A DNA stretch of 63,878 nt, counting the filler, from an uncultured bacterium (GTDB lineage: Bacteria; Hinthialibacterota; Hinthialibacteria; Hinthialibacterales; Hinthialibacteraceae): NCBI GenBank assembly GCA_964449065.1. It is 4 parts of 4 records of this genome, joined end to end, with 100 filler letters (N's around TTAATTAATTAA, not from the genome) between each part and the next. Parts side by side here need not be neighbours in the genome. Positions count along the whole stretch, not along the records: positions 1 to 16,933 come from CAYVAZ010000077.1; positions 17,034 to 33,917 come from CAYVAZ010000078.1; 2 more parts are not named here. The stretch is one strand, 5' to 3'. The translations under genes were made by a program, and so were the position numbers. The notes below the pieces were generated by a model that worked only from the letters and a program-made list of their open reading frames with translations, did no database searches and had not been told where the DNA came from. Shown one piece after another: positions 10,415 to 20,478 of the stretch; within the stretch, counting starts at the first letter, position 1; every line of letters begins with the position of its first letter.

Positions 10415-10685
10415 ATTGTCTTCTCTCAGATTGATCCATATCTCTCGCACTGATTATAAGTGCCTCATGGGATTGCTTGTATATGTAAAACACTATCAAT
10501 TTTCTTCCTGCATCGGTTTCTCCAAGCGCTGAATAAAGATGCTCACCTGGAATGTGACCTTTTTGAATTTTGCGGAATCGAGGTTGGTTGTACAAAACTT
10601 CTTCAACCTCATTTTGTGAAACTTGATGTTTCCATTCCAGCTTATCCACAAACTCGGGCAGCCAAATTATACCATCAATTCTCAT
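10401..10685 (-). CDS. BrnT-family toxin
   Basis: KHQVSQNEVEEV, YSALGETDAGRKLIVFY, IISARDMDQSERRQY. Confidence 0.88.
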   Translation of the reverse strand: MRIDGIIWLPEFVDKLEWKHQVSQNEVEEVLYNQPRFRKIQKGHIPGEHLYSALGETDAGRKLIVFYIYKQSHEALIISARDMDQSERRQYERK

Positions 10686-10702
10686 TTAAGTCTCTATTAT
10701 TA

Positions 10703-11797
10703 CTAAAAATTGCGCTGGCTTTTTTGGTTCATAAAATCAACCAGCAAGTATTGCCCCAACGTTTGCGGTGAGGTGAAGTAGGCTTTCCCCTTTGTGATTT
10801 GCGTTTGTTTGTGGACGAACTGCATTAACAGCGGGTCGCGCGCCAGCATGAAGGTGTTGATGCGAATGCCCTTGTTACGGCACTTTTCGGCCTCGCGCAA
10901 GGTTTCGTGGATGATCCACGGGTCCCACCAGGAATGGCGGATAATCTGCCCTTTGTGCCATATCGCGGAGGGCTTGCCATCGGTGATCATGATAATTTGT
11001 TTGTTATCGCTCTGCTGCTTGGAAAGAATTCTCTGCGCCAGCGCCAACCCCGCTTTGGTGTTGGTATAGTAAGGACCGACCTCGCTGGACATCAGTTCTT
11101 CATACGCGATTTCTTTGGCGTCATCAAAAAACAGCAAAAAGTTGATGGTATCCTGCGGGTATTTGGTGCGGATCAAATGCGCCAATGCCATCGCCACTTT
11201 CTTGGCGGGCGTAAAGCGGTCTTCGCCGTACAAAATCATGCTGTGGCTGATATCCATCATCAAAACAGTCGAGCAATTGCTTTGGTGCTCGGTTTCGAGT
11301 ATCTCTAAATCTTCATATTCAAACTCAATCGGAAACCGCACTCCCTGCCGGATGAAGGCGTTGTGAAACGATTTCGAGACATCCAAATTGAGGTGGTCGC
11401 CGAATTCCCACTGTTTGCTTACATAGTTATAGGTATCGCCGTCACCGCGGGTGGCGGTTTCATGATGGCCGGTGTGGCTGCGCTGTATCGCGGAAAGCAG
11501 TTCTTCCAGCGTTTTTTCGCTGATGAGGCGCAGCCCTTTTTCAGAAAGTTGATCGACCTTGCCTTCGGAATTCATCATGCCCGCTTTTTCCAGCAAATCC
11601 ATCATCGCGGAAATGATCTCTTCGGGATTGTCGTTTTCACCGAACTCACCGGCTTCCATCATCATTTCCAGCGCGGCACGCACATCCCCATCGGTGACAA
11701 ACAAATAGTCTTTCAATTTGTCAAGCAGCGCTTCGGCCTGCTCAAACAGATCGTCTTCGTCATCGCCTTGATATTGTGTGTAGCGGTATTTTCTCAT
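10703..11797 (-). CDS. VWA domain protein
   Basis: MIDAS motif DISHS, YTNT and IMITDGKPS; 8 bp downstream of the AAA+ ATPase. Confidence 0.88.
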   Translation of the reverse strand: MRKYRYTQYQGDDEDDLFEQAEALLDKLKDYLFVTDGDVRAALEMMMEAGEFGENDNPEEIISAMMDLLEKAGMMNSEGKVDQLSEKGLRLISEKTLEELLSAIQRSHTGHHETATRGDGDTYNYVSKQWEFGDHLNLDVSKSFHNAFIRQGVRFPIEFEYEDLEILETEHQSNCSTVLMMDISHSMILYGEDRFTPAKKVAMALAHLIRTKYPQDTINFLLFFDDAKEIAYEELMSSEVGPYYTNTKAGLALAQRILSKQQSDNKQIIMITDGKPSAIWHKGQIIRHSWWDPWIIHETLREAEKCRNKGIRINTFMLARDPLLMQFVHKQTQITKGKAYFTSPQTLGQYLLVDFMNQKSQRNF

Positions 11798-11805
11798 ACG
11801 TCATC

Positions 11806-13215
11806 TCATCCGTAAGCGGTTTTGCCCTGCACATCGGTCTTGCTGAGCTTTTTATGCGAATACAATCCTTCCAGCAAAAATTCAATGCAGGAAGCGAGAA
11901 CTTCGGGCTGATCGATCTCTTCGTCCTTCAAATAAGCTTTCACGCGCCCCATCAATCCGCGTACTTCATCGGCTTGTCGGATTAAGTCTTTTGCCGGTAC
12001 CGTGTCATCCAAAATAAAGGCTTTGGTCTGTTCATGAAACCAGTCGATGGTGGTTTGGCAGTCATCATGGCCGAAGTATTCTTGAAAGACCACACGAACC
12101 GCCTGGCGGATCAACCGCAGGGATACCATCTGCGCCCCCCGTTCTTCACCGGAGTAGCTCAGTTCCATCTTGCCCGTCATCGATGAAAGCATGTAAGGCA
12201 AATCACTGGCACGCGGGCAGGCGACGGATTCGTTGTTCATCAACGCGCGGCGTTCGGCGCTGGAAATCAGGTTTTCCATGCACGTGATCGAAAAACGCGC
12301 GCTGACGCCGGAGGCTTGTTCAATATCCTTGCTTTCGCGGGCGGCGCGGGCCGCTTCTTCAACAATCTGCTTCATGAAGGTCGGCACCACATAACGGATA
12401 CCGTTTTCGGAGGGAAAGCGGACTTCTTGATCGGTAATCGCGATCCCTTCTTCACGCGACAACGGATAGTGCGTACGAATTTCAGAACCGATGCGGTCTT
12501 TAAGCGGCGTGACAATACGTCCCCGGTTGGTGTAATCCTGCGGGTTGGCGCTATAGACCAAAAACACATCCAGCGGCAGGCGGACGGTGTAGCCGCGGAT
12601 TTGCACGTCGCGTTCTTGCATAATGTTAAACAGGCCGACTTGAATTTTGGGCGATAGATCGGGCAATTCGTTGATGGCAAAGATTCCGCGGTTGGCGCGC
12701 GGCACCAAGCCAAAGTTGATTGCCTCTTCGTCAGATAGATCGAGTTGGCGTTTGGCCGCTTTGATAGGGTCGATATCCCCGATCAGGTCTGCAATGGTTA
12801 CATCCGGAGTGGCGAGTTTTTCTTTGTAGCGGTCATCCCGGTTCACCCAAACGATGGGCGTGGCATCGCCGAGTTCTTCTACCAGTGCACGCGCATGTTT
12901 AGAAATCGGATGAAACGGATCATCATTTAATTCGCTGCCTTGGATCGCCGGAATCTCTTCATCCAGCAATCGGTTTAACTGACGGATCATGCGGCTTTTC
13001 GCCTGGCCGCGCAATCCCAAAAAAATGATATCGTGTTTTGAAAGAATGGCATGAACAACTTGGGGGATGACCGTGTTTTCGTAACCGATAATGCCGGGAA
13101 AAAGTTCTTCATTGTTTTTTAACTTGTGTACCAAGTTGGCGCGCATTTCCTCTTTAACCGTACGCGGCTGGTACCCGGATGCTTTTAACTCACCCAGTGT
13201 TAGCGGCTGACTCAT
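11806..13215 (-). CDS. Magnesium-chelatase-like AAA+ ATPase
   Basis: Walker A-like GLRGQAKS, RANRGIFAINELPDL and SANPQDYTNRGRI. Confidence 0.88.
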   Translation of the reverse strand: MSQPLTLGELKASGYQPRTVKEEMRANLVHKLKNNEELFPGIIGYENTVIPQVVHAILSKHDIIFLGLRGQAKSRMIRQLNRLLDEEIPAIQGSELNDDPFHPISKHARALVEELGDATPIVWVNRDDRYKEKLATPDVTIADLIGDIDPIKAAKRQLDLSDEEAINFGLVPRANRGIFAINELPDLSPKIQVGLFNIMQERDVQIRGYTVRLPLDVFLVYSANPQDYTNRGRIVTPLKDRIGSEIRTHYPLSREEGIAITDQEVRFPSENGIRYVVPTFMKQIVEEAARAARESKDIEQASGVSARFSITCMENLISSAERRALMNNESVACPRASDLPYMLSSMTGKMELSYSGEERGAQMVSLRLIRQAVRVVFQEYFGHDDCQTTIDWFHEQTKAFILDDTVPAKDLIRQADEVRGLMGRVKAYLKDEEIDQPEVLASCIEFLLEGLYSHKKLSKTDVQGKTAYG

Positions 13216-13369
13216 GCAAAACCTCCATCTATCTTAAATGGTGAAAAGCCGATAGGATACGGCGGCTGTATTGGCTTTCTAAATGGTACCGGAAATCAAA
13301 CAAGGAACAAACAGCATGGACACGGGGTTCGTGAAATGCGAACGAACGTTTGTCTGTAAGTGAATACTC

Positions 13370-14488
13370 GTGAAACCAAAACATGTCCTGATGGTAAACA
13401 AATCCTATCCACCGCGAATGGGTGGAATCGAACGCCACGTGCGGGATATCAGCGAAGCGCTGGTCCAAAAGGGATATACAGTGACCGCGTTGGTTTGTGC
13501 CGACGATGGGAAGTTTGTGGATGAAATCATAAAGGATGTAAGAGTCTTACGAATCCCACGGTGGGGAACGGTATTGTCGCAGCCGCTGACATGGGGATAT
13601 ATTAAAACGCTGAAAACGTTACAACCGGATGTAGTGCATTGCCATGTTCCCTTCCCGATGGCTTGGCTGGCGGTGCGGTATTTGCCGAAAAACATGCCTG
13701 TGGTTTGTACCTGGCACAGCGATATTGTACGACAGCGGTTTTTGATGCCATTGCTGTCTTTGTTCGAGCAAGCGTTTCTACGCCGGTGCGGCCGGGTTAT
13801 TGTGACTTCACCGGAGTATTTGGAATCATCACAGCCTTTGCAGGAACACCGCGACAAATGCAGTGTAATCCCGTTAACGCTTCCACCGGATGATGTAATT
13901 GATGAACAATCTATTACAACCCAATTGAAAGTATTTCAGCAACAGTTTCAACGAAATACGGTTTTGTATATGGGCAGATTGGTTGGATACAAAGGGCTGC
14001 CCTATCTGATTGAGGCCATGAAGCATGTGGATGGCGATTTGATCCTTGCCGGTACGGGAAATATAGAGAAGCAGCTGCTGCGCCAAGTGATTCAGCATAA
14101 CGTGGCGGACCGGGTGTATTTTTTGGGATATGTCAGTGAGGTGGAAAAACAAGCGCTTTACCGGTTGGCGGATGTGTTGGTGCTGCCTTCCATCCAACGG
14201 AGCGAAGCGTTTGGCTACGTGTTGCTGGAAGCAATGTCGCAGGGATGTCCCGTCATTACAACGGATTTACCCACGGGTGTACGCTGGGTAAACCAGCATG
14301 AAAAAACAGGATTGGTTGTGCCTCCAAAAGATGCAGCGGCGTTGGGAAATGCTATCGGAAAATTTCTTCAAAACTCCAGATTGCGGGATCAATATGGAAA
14401 GCAGGCAAAGCGCCGGGTTGATAGGGATTTTCGGTTTGAAGATAAGTTGCAGGCATTGGTTGATGTTTATGAGAGATTGCTGAGGTAG
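13370..14488 (+). CDS. Glycosyltransferase family 4
   Basis: YPPRMGGIE, GRLVGYKG and SEAFGYVLLEAM (EX7E). Confidence 0.9.
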   Translation: MKPKHVLMVNKSYPPRMGGIERHVRDISEALVQKGYTVTALVCADDGKFVDEIIKDVRVLRIPRWGTVLSQPLTWGYIKTLKTLQPDVVHCHVPFPMAWLAVRYLPKNMPVVCTWHSDIVRQRFLMPLLSLFEQAFLRRCGRVIVTSPEYLESSQPLQEHRDKCSVIPLTLPPDDVIDEQSITTQLKVFQQQFQRNTVLYMGRLVGYKGLPYLIEAMKHVDGDLILAGTGNIEKQLLRQVIQHNVADRVYFLGYVSEVEKQALYRLADVLVLPSIQRSEAFGYVLLEAMSQGCPVITTDLPTGVRWVNQHEKTGLVVPPKDAAALGNAIGKFLQNSRLRDQYGKQAKRRVDRDFRFEDKLQALVDVYERLLR

Positions 14489-14521
14489 TTATGCTTGTAC
14501 GTATTTGTGGTTTTTATCCAG

Positions 14522-14998
14522 TCACTTCAGCAGTAACTGTTGATCAATCGGCATAAACCTATCCGCGGAGCGGATCAACGTATCCGCGGTTAAATACCCA
14601 ACTCCATACACTTCTACTTCAACGTCATATAAGCGCTGCACACGCTCCACCAGCAAATCAAAATCGCCGTCGCCGGATGCGAGCACGACTAAATCCACCT
14701 GCGGAGCGGTTTCCATCACATCCAGCGTAATCCCCACATCCCAATCGCCTTTCGCCGAACCGTCCGCGCGTTGGATATACGGTTTTATCCGCACATCAAA
14801 CCCGATGCCGCGCAAAATATTTTGAAACTGCTTCTGCTTTTCATCTTGCGGGGCGATGGCATAAGCGTTGGCTTTGATCACATTCCGGCCTTTGGTTGCC
14901 TGTACCCAAAACTTGTTGTAATCAAAGTGCTTTCGATACGCTTCTTTGGTGGTGTAATAGATGTTCTGCACATCAACAAAAATGGCGGCTTTTTGCAT
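14522..14998 (-). CDS. NYN domain (LabA/DUF88) protein
   Basis: FVDVQNIYY, KGDWDVGI and LASGDGDF. Confidence 0.9.
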   Translation of the reverse strand: MQKAAIFVDVQNIYYTTKEAYRKHFDYNKFWVQATKGRNVIKANAYAIAPQDEKQKQFQNILRGIGFDVRIKPYIQRADGSAKGDWDVGITLDVMETAPQVDLVVLASGDGDFDLLVERVQRLYDVEVEVYGVGYLTADTLIRSADRFMPIDQQLLLK

Positions 14999-15018
14999 AA
15001 TAAGTTGAAAAAGATGAT

Positions 15019-15222
15019 TTATTTCGAATTCGATTGTTGATCGGGCTGATCTAATTTATCGAGGGTAAAATACCGCGAAGAAGCCACATACTTCTCTTCC
15101 CCTTTGCGCGAGATTGTATACCACACCATAAATTTCTTAAACTTCTTACCAAACCATGCCCAACGCCCCAGCGTCGTCATAATCAAACGCAAAACAATCA
15201 ATTTCGATGTGGTCATTCTCAT
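15019..15222 (-). CDS. Small hypothetical protein (uncertain)
   Basis: 67-aa ATG ORF filling the gap between pheS and the NYN gene on the same strand; no motif recognised. Confidence 0.3.
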   Translation of the reverse strand: MRMTTSKLIVLRLIMTTLGRWAWFGKKFKKFMVWYTISRKGEEKYVASSRYFTLDKLDQPDQQSNSK

Positions 15223-15280
15223 AAGGTTCTCTTAGCCAAAAAAAACTTTGTGAACGCTAGGTCTTTGCGGGATATTCATG

Positions 15281-16297
15281 TTACCGGAACTGCTGTAAAA
15301 AGCGGATATCGTTTTCGTAGAACAAGCGGATATCGCGGATGCCGTATTTGATCATGGCAAAGCGCTCTACTCCCAGGCCGAACGCGAATCCGGTATACAC
15401 TTCCGGATCGATGCCTCCGTTGCGCAGCACGTTAGGGTGCACCATACCGCAGCCCAATACTTCCAGCCAACCGCTTTCTCCTTTTTTATCGGTATAAGAT
15501 ATATCCACTTCCGCGCTGGGTTCGGTAAAGGGAAAGAACGACGGCCGAAAACGTACGCCGGTGTCTTCCGAAAAAAAGCGCCGAATCAGCGCTTCCAACG
15601 TGCCTTTCAGATCACAGAATGAGATGGTTTTTCCCACAACCAACCCTTCGATTTGATGGAAGATGGGCGAATGGGTGATATCCGAATCGCAGCGGTAAAC
15701 ACGGCCGGGAGCAATCATACGAACCGGCGGTTTATGCGACTGCATAAAGCGGATCTGCACCGGGGAGGTATGCGTGCGCAGAACATTTCCGCTTTTGGTG
15801 AAAAAGGTATCCTGCATATCGCGCGCCGGATGATTGGGCGGAAAGTTCAGCATCTCAAAGTTGTAATAATCGGTTTCGATTTCCGGCCCTTCGGCGATGT
15901 CATAGCCCATCGAATAGAACAGGTCTTCAATCTCGTTTTTGATTTGGTTGATGGGATGAACCGCGCCTTTACGGTTCCAGGTGTGCGGCAGGGTGATATC
16001 GGTTTTATCCTGCTCCAACTTGGCCGCGGTTGCGGATTGCTTGAGGGAAGCCAATAAGGTTTGATACCGTTCTTCCAGTTCATCCGCCACTTCGTTTGCC
16101 AGTTGCCCGACCTTGGGTCGGTCTTCCGCCGGAAGTTGTCCTACACTTTTGAGCACCGCTTTGACTTTGCCCTTTTTGCCCAGGTAGGCCGTGCGGATTT
16201 CATAAAGATTTTGCGGATCGTTGGCCGATTCAAACTCGTTGATGCATTCATTTTTGGCATCATCTAATTGCGATTGGATGGAAGCAATATCAGTCAT
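15281..16297 (-). CDS. pheS: Phenylalanine--tRNA ligase alpha subunit
   Basis: HPARDMQDTF, LRTHTSPVQ, FRPSFFPFTEPSAE and GFAFGLGVER. Confidence 0.98.
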   Translation of the reverse strand: MTDIASIQSQLDDAKNECINEFESANDPQNLYEIRTAYLGKKGKVKAVLKSVGQLPAEDRPKVGQLANEVADELEERYQTLLASLKQSATAAKLEQDKTDITLPHTWNRKGAVHPINQIKNEIEDLFYSMGYDIAEGPEIETDYYNFEMLNFPPNHPARDMQDTFFTKSGNVLRTHTSPVQIRFMQSHKPPVRMIAPGRVYRCDSDITHSPIFHQIEGLVVGKTISFCDLKGTLEALIRRFFSEDTGVRFRPSFFPFTEPSAEVDISYTDKKGESGWLEVLGCGMVHPNVLRNGGIDPEVYTGFAFGLGVERFAMIKYGIRDIRLFYENDIRFLQQFR

Positions 16298-16405
16298 TCT
16301 CTTCTTGTATTATCCCAATTGAAATAAAGTTATCGAGTATAATAAAGAGTGGGATTAACACTCTAACAACTATGATTGCGCTTGATAAAACAGCGGGAAC
16401 AAGCC

Positions 16406-16566
16406 TAATACCAATCTGCATATAATGCAGATAAAAATTGAGTTATCTTTCACGCAACCTTACGGAATAATGAAACTGTAGGGTGGGCTCAAAGCGAAGC
16501 GTAGCCCACCATAACCATCTCTGCGCACTCGGTTTTAACCAACATTCTTATTGCAACTTGGTATAA
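16406..16566. mobile_element. MITE-like element enclosing a GTAG-type REP
   Basis: Arms AATACCAATCTGCA and TGCAACTTGGTATA; interior GTAGGGTGGGCTCAAAGCGAAGCGTAGCCCACC (16478-16510). Confidence 0.55.
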
Positions 16567-16571
16567 GTCGT

Positions 16572-16632
16572 ATCAAACGGTTTTTGTCCAATAGCCCACC
16601 AGTCATAACGAAAACGGACATTTCATTTTTCA
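16572..16632. repeat. Dispersed ~60-bp repeat; second copy inverted at about 35561-35620
   Basis: Reverse complement AAAAATGAAATGTCCGTTTTCG...TGGTGGGCTATTGGACAAAAACCGTTTGAT matches AAAAATGAGATGCCCGTTTTCG...TGGTGGGCTACCGGACAAAAGCCGTTCGAT. Confidence 0.75.
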
Positions 16633-16658
16633 GGTATGATTCCCTAAAAAAATTATAT

Positions 16659-16687
16659 AAAAAAGGGATGGAAATCCCACCCCTTTG
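16659..16687 (-). terminator. Probable intrinsic terminator after rplT
   Basis: Imperfect hairpin AAAGGGGTGGG-ATTT-CCATCCCTTT followed by a T-run on the minus strand. Confidence 0.55.
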
Positions 16688-16714
16688 TTTATTTCTATGC
16701 GCGTATACTTGAAA

Positions 16715-16933
16715 TTATTCCGCGCTAGCCGTCTTGGCTATATCCACATATTGGCGAAACCCATCCGGATCATGAATCGCGAGTTCAGAAAGCATTTTGC
16801 GGTTGACTTCCACACCGGCTTTTTGCAATCCGCCCATGAGTTTGCTGTAGGAATAGCCTTCGGCTTTGGCGGCGGCGCCGATGCGGGTGATCCACAAGGC
16901 GCGAAAATCACGCTTGCGGTTGCGGCGGTCGCG
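16715..16933 (-). CDS. rplT: 50S ribosomal protein L20, 5'-truncated by contig end
   Basis: [42 protein letters not shown]. Confidence 0.97.
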   Translation of the reverse strand, partial: RDRRNRKRDFRALWITRIGAAAKAEGYSYSKLMGGLQKAGVEVNRKMLSELAIHDPDGFRQYVDIAKTASAE

Positions 16934-17033
16934 NNNNNNNNNNNNNNNNNNNNNNNNNNNNNNNNNNNNNNNNNNNNTTAATTAATTAANNNNNNNNNNN
17001 NNNNNNNNNNNNNNNNNNNNNNNNNNNNNNNNN
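16934..17033. other. Artificial contig linker
   Basis: N44-TTAATTAATTAA-N44 (stops in all frames). Confidence 0.98.
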
Positions 17034-17197
17034 AGATGAGGGCGATGAGAGCGATTGCTCCCTATGACGCAGTAGCGTAAATAGAGGTTTATTCCTCCCG
17101 AACCCTCACCCCGTCCCTCTCCCGGTGGGCGAGGGCGGTAGTTTCAGCGAAAAATTAGAAAACGGGCATATCAAAATATAGTGAGTAACATGAGTTA
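17034..17197. repeat. Contig-end repeat element
   Basis: 17034-17078 is near the reverse complement of 50998-51042, and 17146-17197 is near the reverse complement of 50846-50897. Includes a CCCTCACCCCGTCCCTCTCCC..GGGCGAGGG hairpin. Confidence 0.8.
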
Positions 17198-17249
17198 ATG
17201 ACATGCATTGTGGGTTGATGGTACCCTTTAACTAGATTGGAGTTGTACG

Positions 17250-17870
17250 ATGCAGAGTCTGTTACAGGAAATACCCGGTGAATCGAAACATCAAACCTGT
17301 ATGGTTTGCGGCAAAGGATTCAATGCAACGTACGATGGATCATTACGCGTATATCCCGTTTATTGCAGCGGAGATTTTGTGAAAACGGATGTACGGTGTG
17401 AATTCGAGTTTTTCGGTGCCATCTTACGTATATACAACTATATTCATCAAGAAGAACAGAGTATCCCGGTCAACAAAATCGCGCGCGCGCCGGTGTTTCA
17501 AGAACGCATTAAAATGCGCAAGGATATGATTGTATGGTGCTTGGGCAGAGGTTTTTTGGCGTTGGATAAGCTGCAACGTGTGATCGTTCCACCGGCTGTA
17601 GATGAAATTTCCAAGGACATTTTTGCCACCCACAACCTGCATGACCCAAAATCACAAGAAGAAGCGGTTGAAATGCTGAAAGCGGCTTTCGCCTGCGTGA
17701 AAGATCAACTCAAATCGGTGTCCGAAGGGGATATGCCGGTTCAATACGACGACAAACATAAGCCGGAGCCGGAACCCGAGTTTGACGATTTGCCCGCCAT
17801 TCAACCGGTCAAGCAATCCGGAATGGCCACCGCCATCCTGCGCGAAGACCGAATTAAGCGAGCGAAATAA
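17250..17870 (+). CDS. Hypothetical protein
   Basis: 206-aa ORF with RBS GGAG and an N-terminal CxxC (CMVC); no family recognised. Confidence 0.65.
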   Translation: MQSLLQEIPGESKHQTCMVCGKGFNATYDGSLRVYPVYCSGDFVKTDVRCEFEFFGAILRIYNYIHQEEQSIPVNKIARAPVFQERIKMRKDMIVWCLGRGFLALDKLQRVIVPPAVDEISKDIFATHNLHDPKSQEEAVEMLKAAFACVKDQLKSVSEGDMPVQYDDKHKPEPEPEFDDLPAIQPVKQSGMATAILREDRIKRAK

Positions 17871-17905
17871 AGAAACTGTTCAAGTGGATAAGGATTGAGA
17901 TAAAT

Positions 17906-19321
17906 TTATCCCGATTTGGCCAGGCGCTCTACTTGTTCCAGATATTCTTGCACGTTTTCACGCGGGTTGATTTGTTGGGCGCGCCGGAGCAAGGGCAGCG
18001 CTTCCGCGTATTTTCCGTCTTTTACCAGCAACTGCGAGCGGCGTATATTTGCGTCGGCCTCAAAGTCTTCGATACTGGCAGCCCGTTCGTAATAAAAAAT
18101 AGCCTGTTCCGTATCTCCCTTGCGGGCGCTGTGCTGTCCCAGCAAGATTAACGCTTCGCCATCCAAGGGATCGAGTTGAATGATTTCTTTCAACACTTCC
18201 ACTTCTTCTTCCGCCTGTCCTTCCGCCACGGCGACGCGGGCTTCGATTTTCAACAAATCTTTTTTTTCTTCGTCCATGAGCTGATCGGCGTATTTGCTTT
18301 GGATGGTTTCAATCAACCGTTTGGCTTCATCCGAGGCGCCGCGTGCCGCCAAGATTTTGGCGGCACGGATGGCGCGGTCTGTGCCGCTTTGGTCTTCTTT
18401 TCCTACCGCCTGAATGTATGTATCCGCGGCCAAGTGAAAGAGTTTTTCGTTGACATAAATATCGCCCAGCATATTCAAACTGTCGGGTGTGGATTCACCC
18501 ATCTGATCCACGATCTCATAAATCTCGGCGGCTTCCAGCGGTTGGTTCAATCCGATATAGGCGTTGGCCTGCAACAGCCATAAATCGACCTTTGTGGGAT
18601 TTTCTTCCACCAAGATTTTGCACAGCGATGCGGCTTCCGCGTACCGTTCCTGCTTAAAGAAACTGCGCGCCAACCCCATTTTCCAATCCAGCGTTTCCGG
18701 GTCTAACAACACAGCCATGCGGTAGGCGGATTCCGCGGGGAGAAACTTGCCAACGGAGCCATACGAAAATCCCAACAGGCCATAGGTTATCGCTTGGTGG
18801 TCTCCCAATTCAACCACGCGGGTTAGAGCGGGGATTGCCTTTTCAAAGTCTTTTTGCCGGACATGGATGATCCCTAAGTTCTTCCAGGCCCGGCGAAATT
18901 TGGCGTACTTCTCAACGGCGGTTTGATATAAAGGTGCCGCTTCATCCAATCTATCCTGCTGAAAATAAATGTTGGCCAGGGTGAAATCAAACACGGCGCT
19001 GGAGGCTTCATTCCGCGATTCTTGCAGGCGCCGCGCGGCTTGATCCAACTGACCGCTGGAAATCAATTCCATGATTTCCAGCATGGTTTCCCGTTCCGTG
19101 ACGGTAATGGTGGGTTCAATATCTGTTTCCGCAATGTAACTTTCGGTAAAGCGCCGCTGAAATTCGGGGTCGTTCCAGAGTTCCAATTGCTTGTCACTCA
19201 ACACCGATTGGGATGGCTTGAGTTTGGGGTTATGTTCTTGAGCAAACGCATTGGCGGAAAATCCAGGTTGCAAACATACACCAATCATTAGGATGATGAA
19301 GAATGGAGGGCTGCTTCTCAT
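17906..19321 (-). CDS. Periplasmic TPR protein (TtpD-like)
   Basis: Signal peptide from MRSSPPFF and many TPR repeats; last gene of the TonB cluster. Confidence 0.85.
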   Translation of the reverse strand: MRSSPPFFIILMIGVCLQPGFSANAFAQEHNPKLKPSQSVLSDKQLELWNDPEFQRRFTESYIAETDIEPTITVTERETMLEIMELISSGQLDQAARRLQESRNEASSAVFDFTLANIYFQQDRLDEAAPLYQTAVEKYAKFRRAWKNLGIIHVRQKDFEKAIPALTRVVELGDHQAITYGLLGFSYGSVGKFLPAESAYRMAVLLDPETLDWKMGLARSFFKQERYAEAASLCKILVEENPTKVDLWLLQANAYIGLNQPLEAAEIYEIVDQMGESTPDSLNMLGDIYVNEKLFHLAADTYIQAVGKEDQSGTDRAIRAAKILAARGASDEAKRLIETIQSKYADQLMDEEKKDLLKIEARVAVAEGQAEEEVEVLKEIIQLDPLDGEALILLGQHSARKGDTEQAIFYYERAASIEDFEADANIRRSQLLVKDGKYAEALPLLRRAQQINPRENVQEYLEQVERLAKSG

Positions 19322-19328
19322 ATTTCGT

Positions 19329-20000
19329 TTATCCTTTGGGGAAAGTGATGGGCACACGCATCCGGAACCGTACCGCTTCTCCGCCCCGTTTACCGGGTTC
19401 AAACTTCCATTGCTTGACCGCGTTTAATGCCGGTTTTTCAAATACAGGAGCCGTGGATTTTTGCACCTTCGGCTGCTCGACTTTGCCTTCTTTGTTGACA
19501 ATAAACACAAGATACACCGTACCCGGCGCGTGTTTTTTTACTTCCTTGGTGATGGCGGGGCTGGGTTGATAAACCACGCGCGGCTTTTGATCCAGATCGG
19601 CCAGTGAGAACAGTTGGTCAACATCCTTGTTTTGGTTCACCACGTTATCGAGATTCACGCCAAAATCGCCGCTCATCCAGCCGCCGCTCAAACCGGGGTT
19701 CATTGCCAATTCTAACTGCGAGAGATCCAGCGGTTGGCTTTGCTCGGTTAATTCGGGCGGGGGTTCTTCTTCCGGTTCCGGCGGTTCTTCCGGTTCCGGT
19801 TCCGGCGGCGGATCGGGTGCCTCGAGAACGGTATCGACCGATTGCACCAGCGTGCCGGTTGACGGCGGCTTGTTGAGCGCTTGCAGCAATGGCAGAACCA
19901 AAAAGAAAACAAGCGTAAGGCCGACCGAGCCGGCAAACACCAGAACCCGGTGGATCATTTCCCGAATGGCATGGAATGTGGATTTTTTTTGCTGTCTCAT
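19329..20000 (-). CDS. tonB: Energy transducer TonB
   Basis: N-terminal TM, Pro/Glu-rich spacer and C-terminal AVKQWKFEPG. Confidence 0.92.
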   Translation of the reverse strand: MRQQKKSTFHAIREMIHRVLVFAGSVGLTLVFFLVLPLLQALNKPPSTGTLVQSVDTVLEAPDPPPEPEPEEPPEPEEEPPPELTEQSQPLDLSQLELAMNPGLSGGWMSGDFGVNLDNVVNQNKDVDQLFSLADLDQKPRVVYQPSPAITKEVKKHAPGTVYLVFIVNKEGKVEQPKVQKSTAPVFEKPALNAVKQWKFEPGKRGGEAVRFRMRVPITFPKG

Positions 20001-20037
20001 GTTACTATATAGCTTCCTTTATAATCGTTACATGAAT

Positions 20038-20451
20038 TTATTGTCCGCTGTTGCGGGTGGATACACTGACTTTGGCGGCGCCGGCCAGTTTGGCTTCATC
20101 GATAATTCGGACAAACAATCCGAGTTGCGCGGAAGTATCGCCTTGAATGATGACGGGGACATCTTCTTTTTGCAGCATCCGTTTGACCAAGGGCTGCACG
20201 CCGCTGATCCCGATTTCACGGCCGCCGTAGACGACCTCACCATTTTCGGTTAACGCGATGAGAATGCTGTTTTTTTCCAGATTCACCGCGGAGGCCGCCT
20301 GCGGCTTATCGACTTCCACACCGGTTTCTTCCACAAAGGTTGTGGTCACGATGAAAAAGATTAATAGGATGAACACAATGTCCATCATGGGGGATATATC
20401 GATCCCTGTTTCTTCATTGTCTTCGCGACCGGCTTGGCTAAACCGTCCCAT
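20038..20451 (-). CDS. exbD: Biopolymer transporter ExbD
   Basis: [21 protein letters not shown]. Confidence 0.95.
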   Translation of the reverse strand: MGRFSQAGREDNEETGIDISPMMDIVFILLIFFIVTTTFVEETGVEVDKPQAASAVNLEKNSILIALTENGEVVYGGREIGISGVQPLVKRMLQKEDVPVIIQGDTSAQLGLFVRIIDEAKLAGAAKVSVSTRNSGQ

Positions 20452-20478
20452 AATGCTTTCTTCCTTACCATGGCCTTG

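Noticed and set aside
16572..16632. Shared element upstream of pheS and mnmA as a T-box or translation-gene leader
   Set aside because: Opposite orientation relative to the two genes and no T-box consensus; treated as a dispersed repeat.
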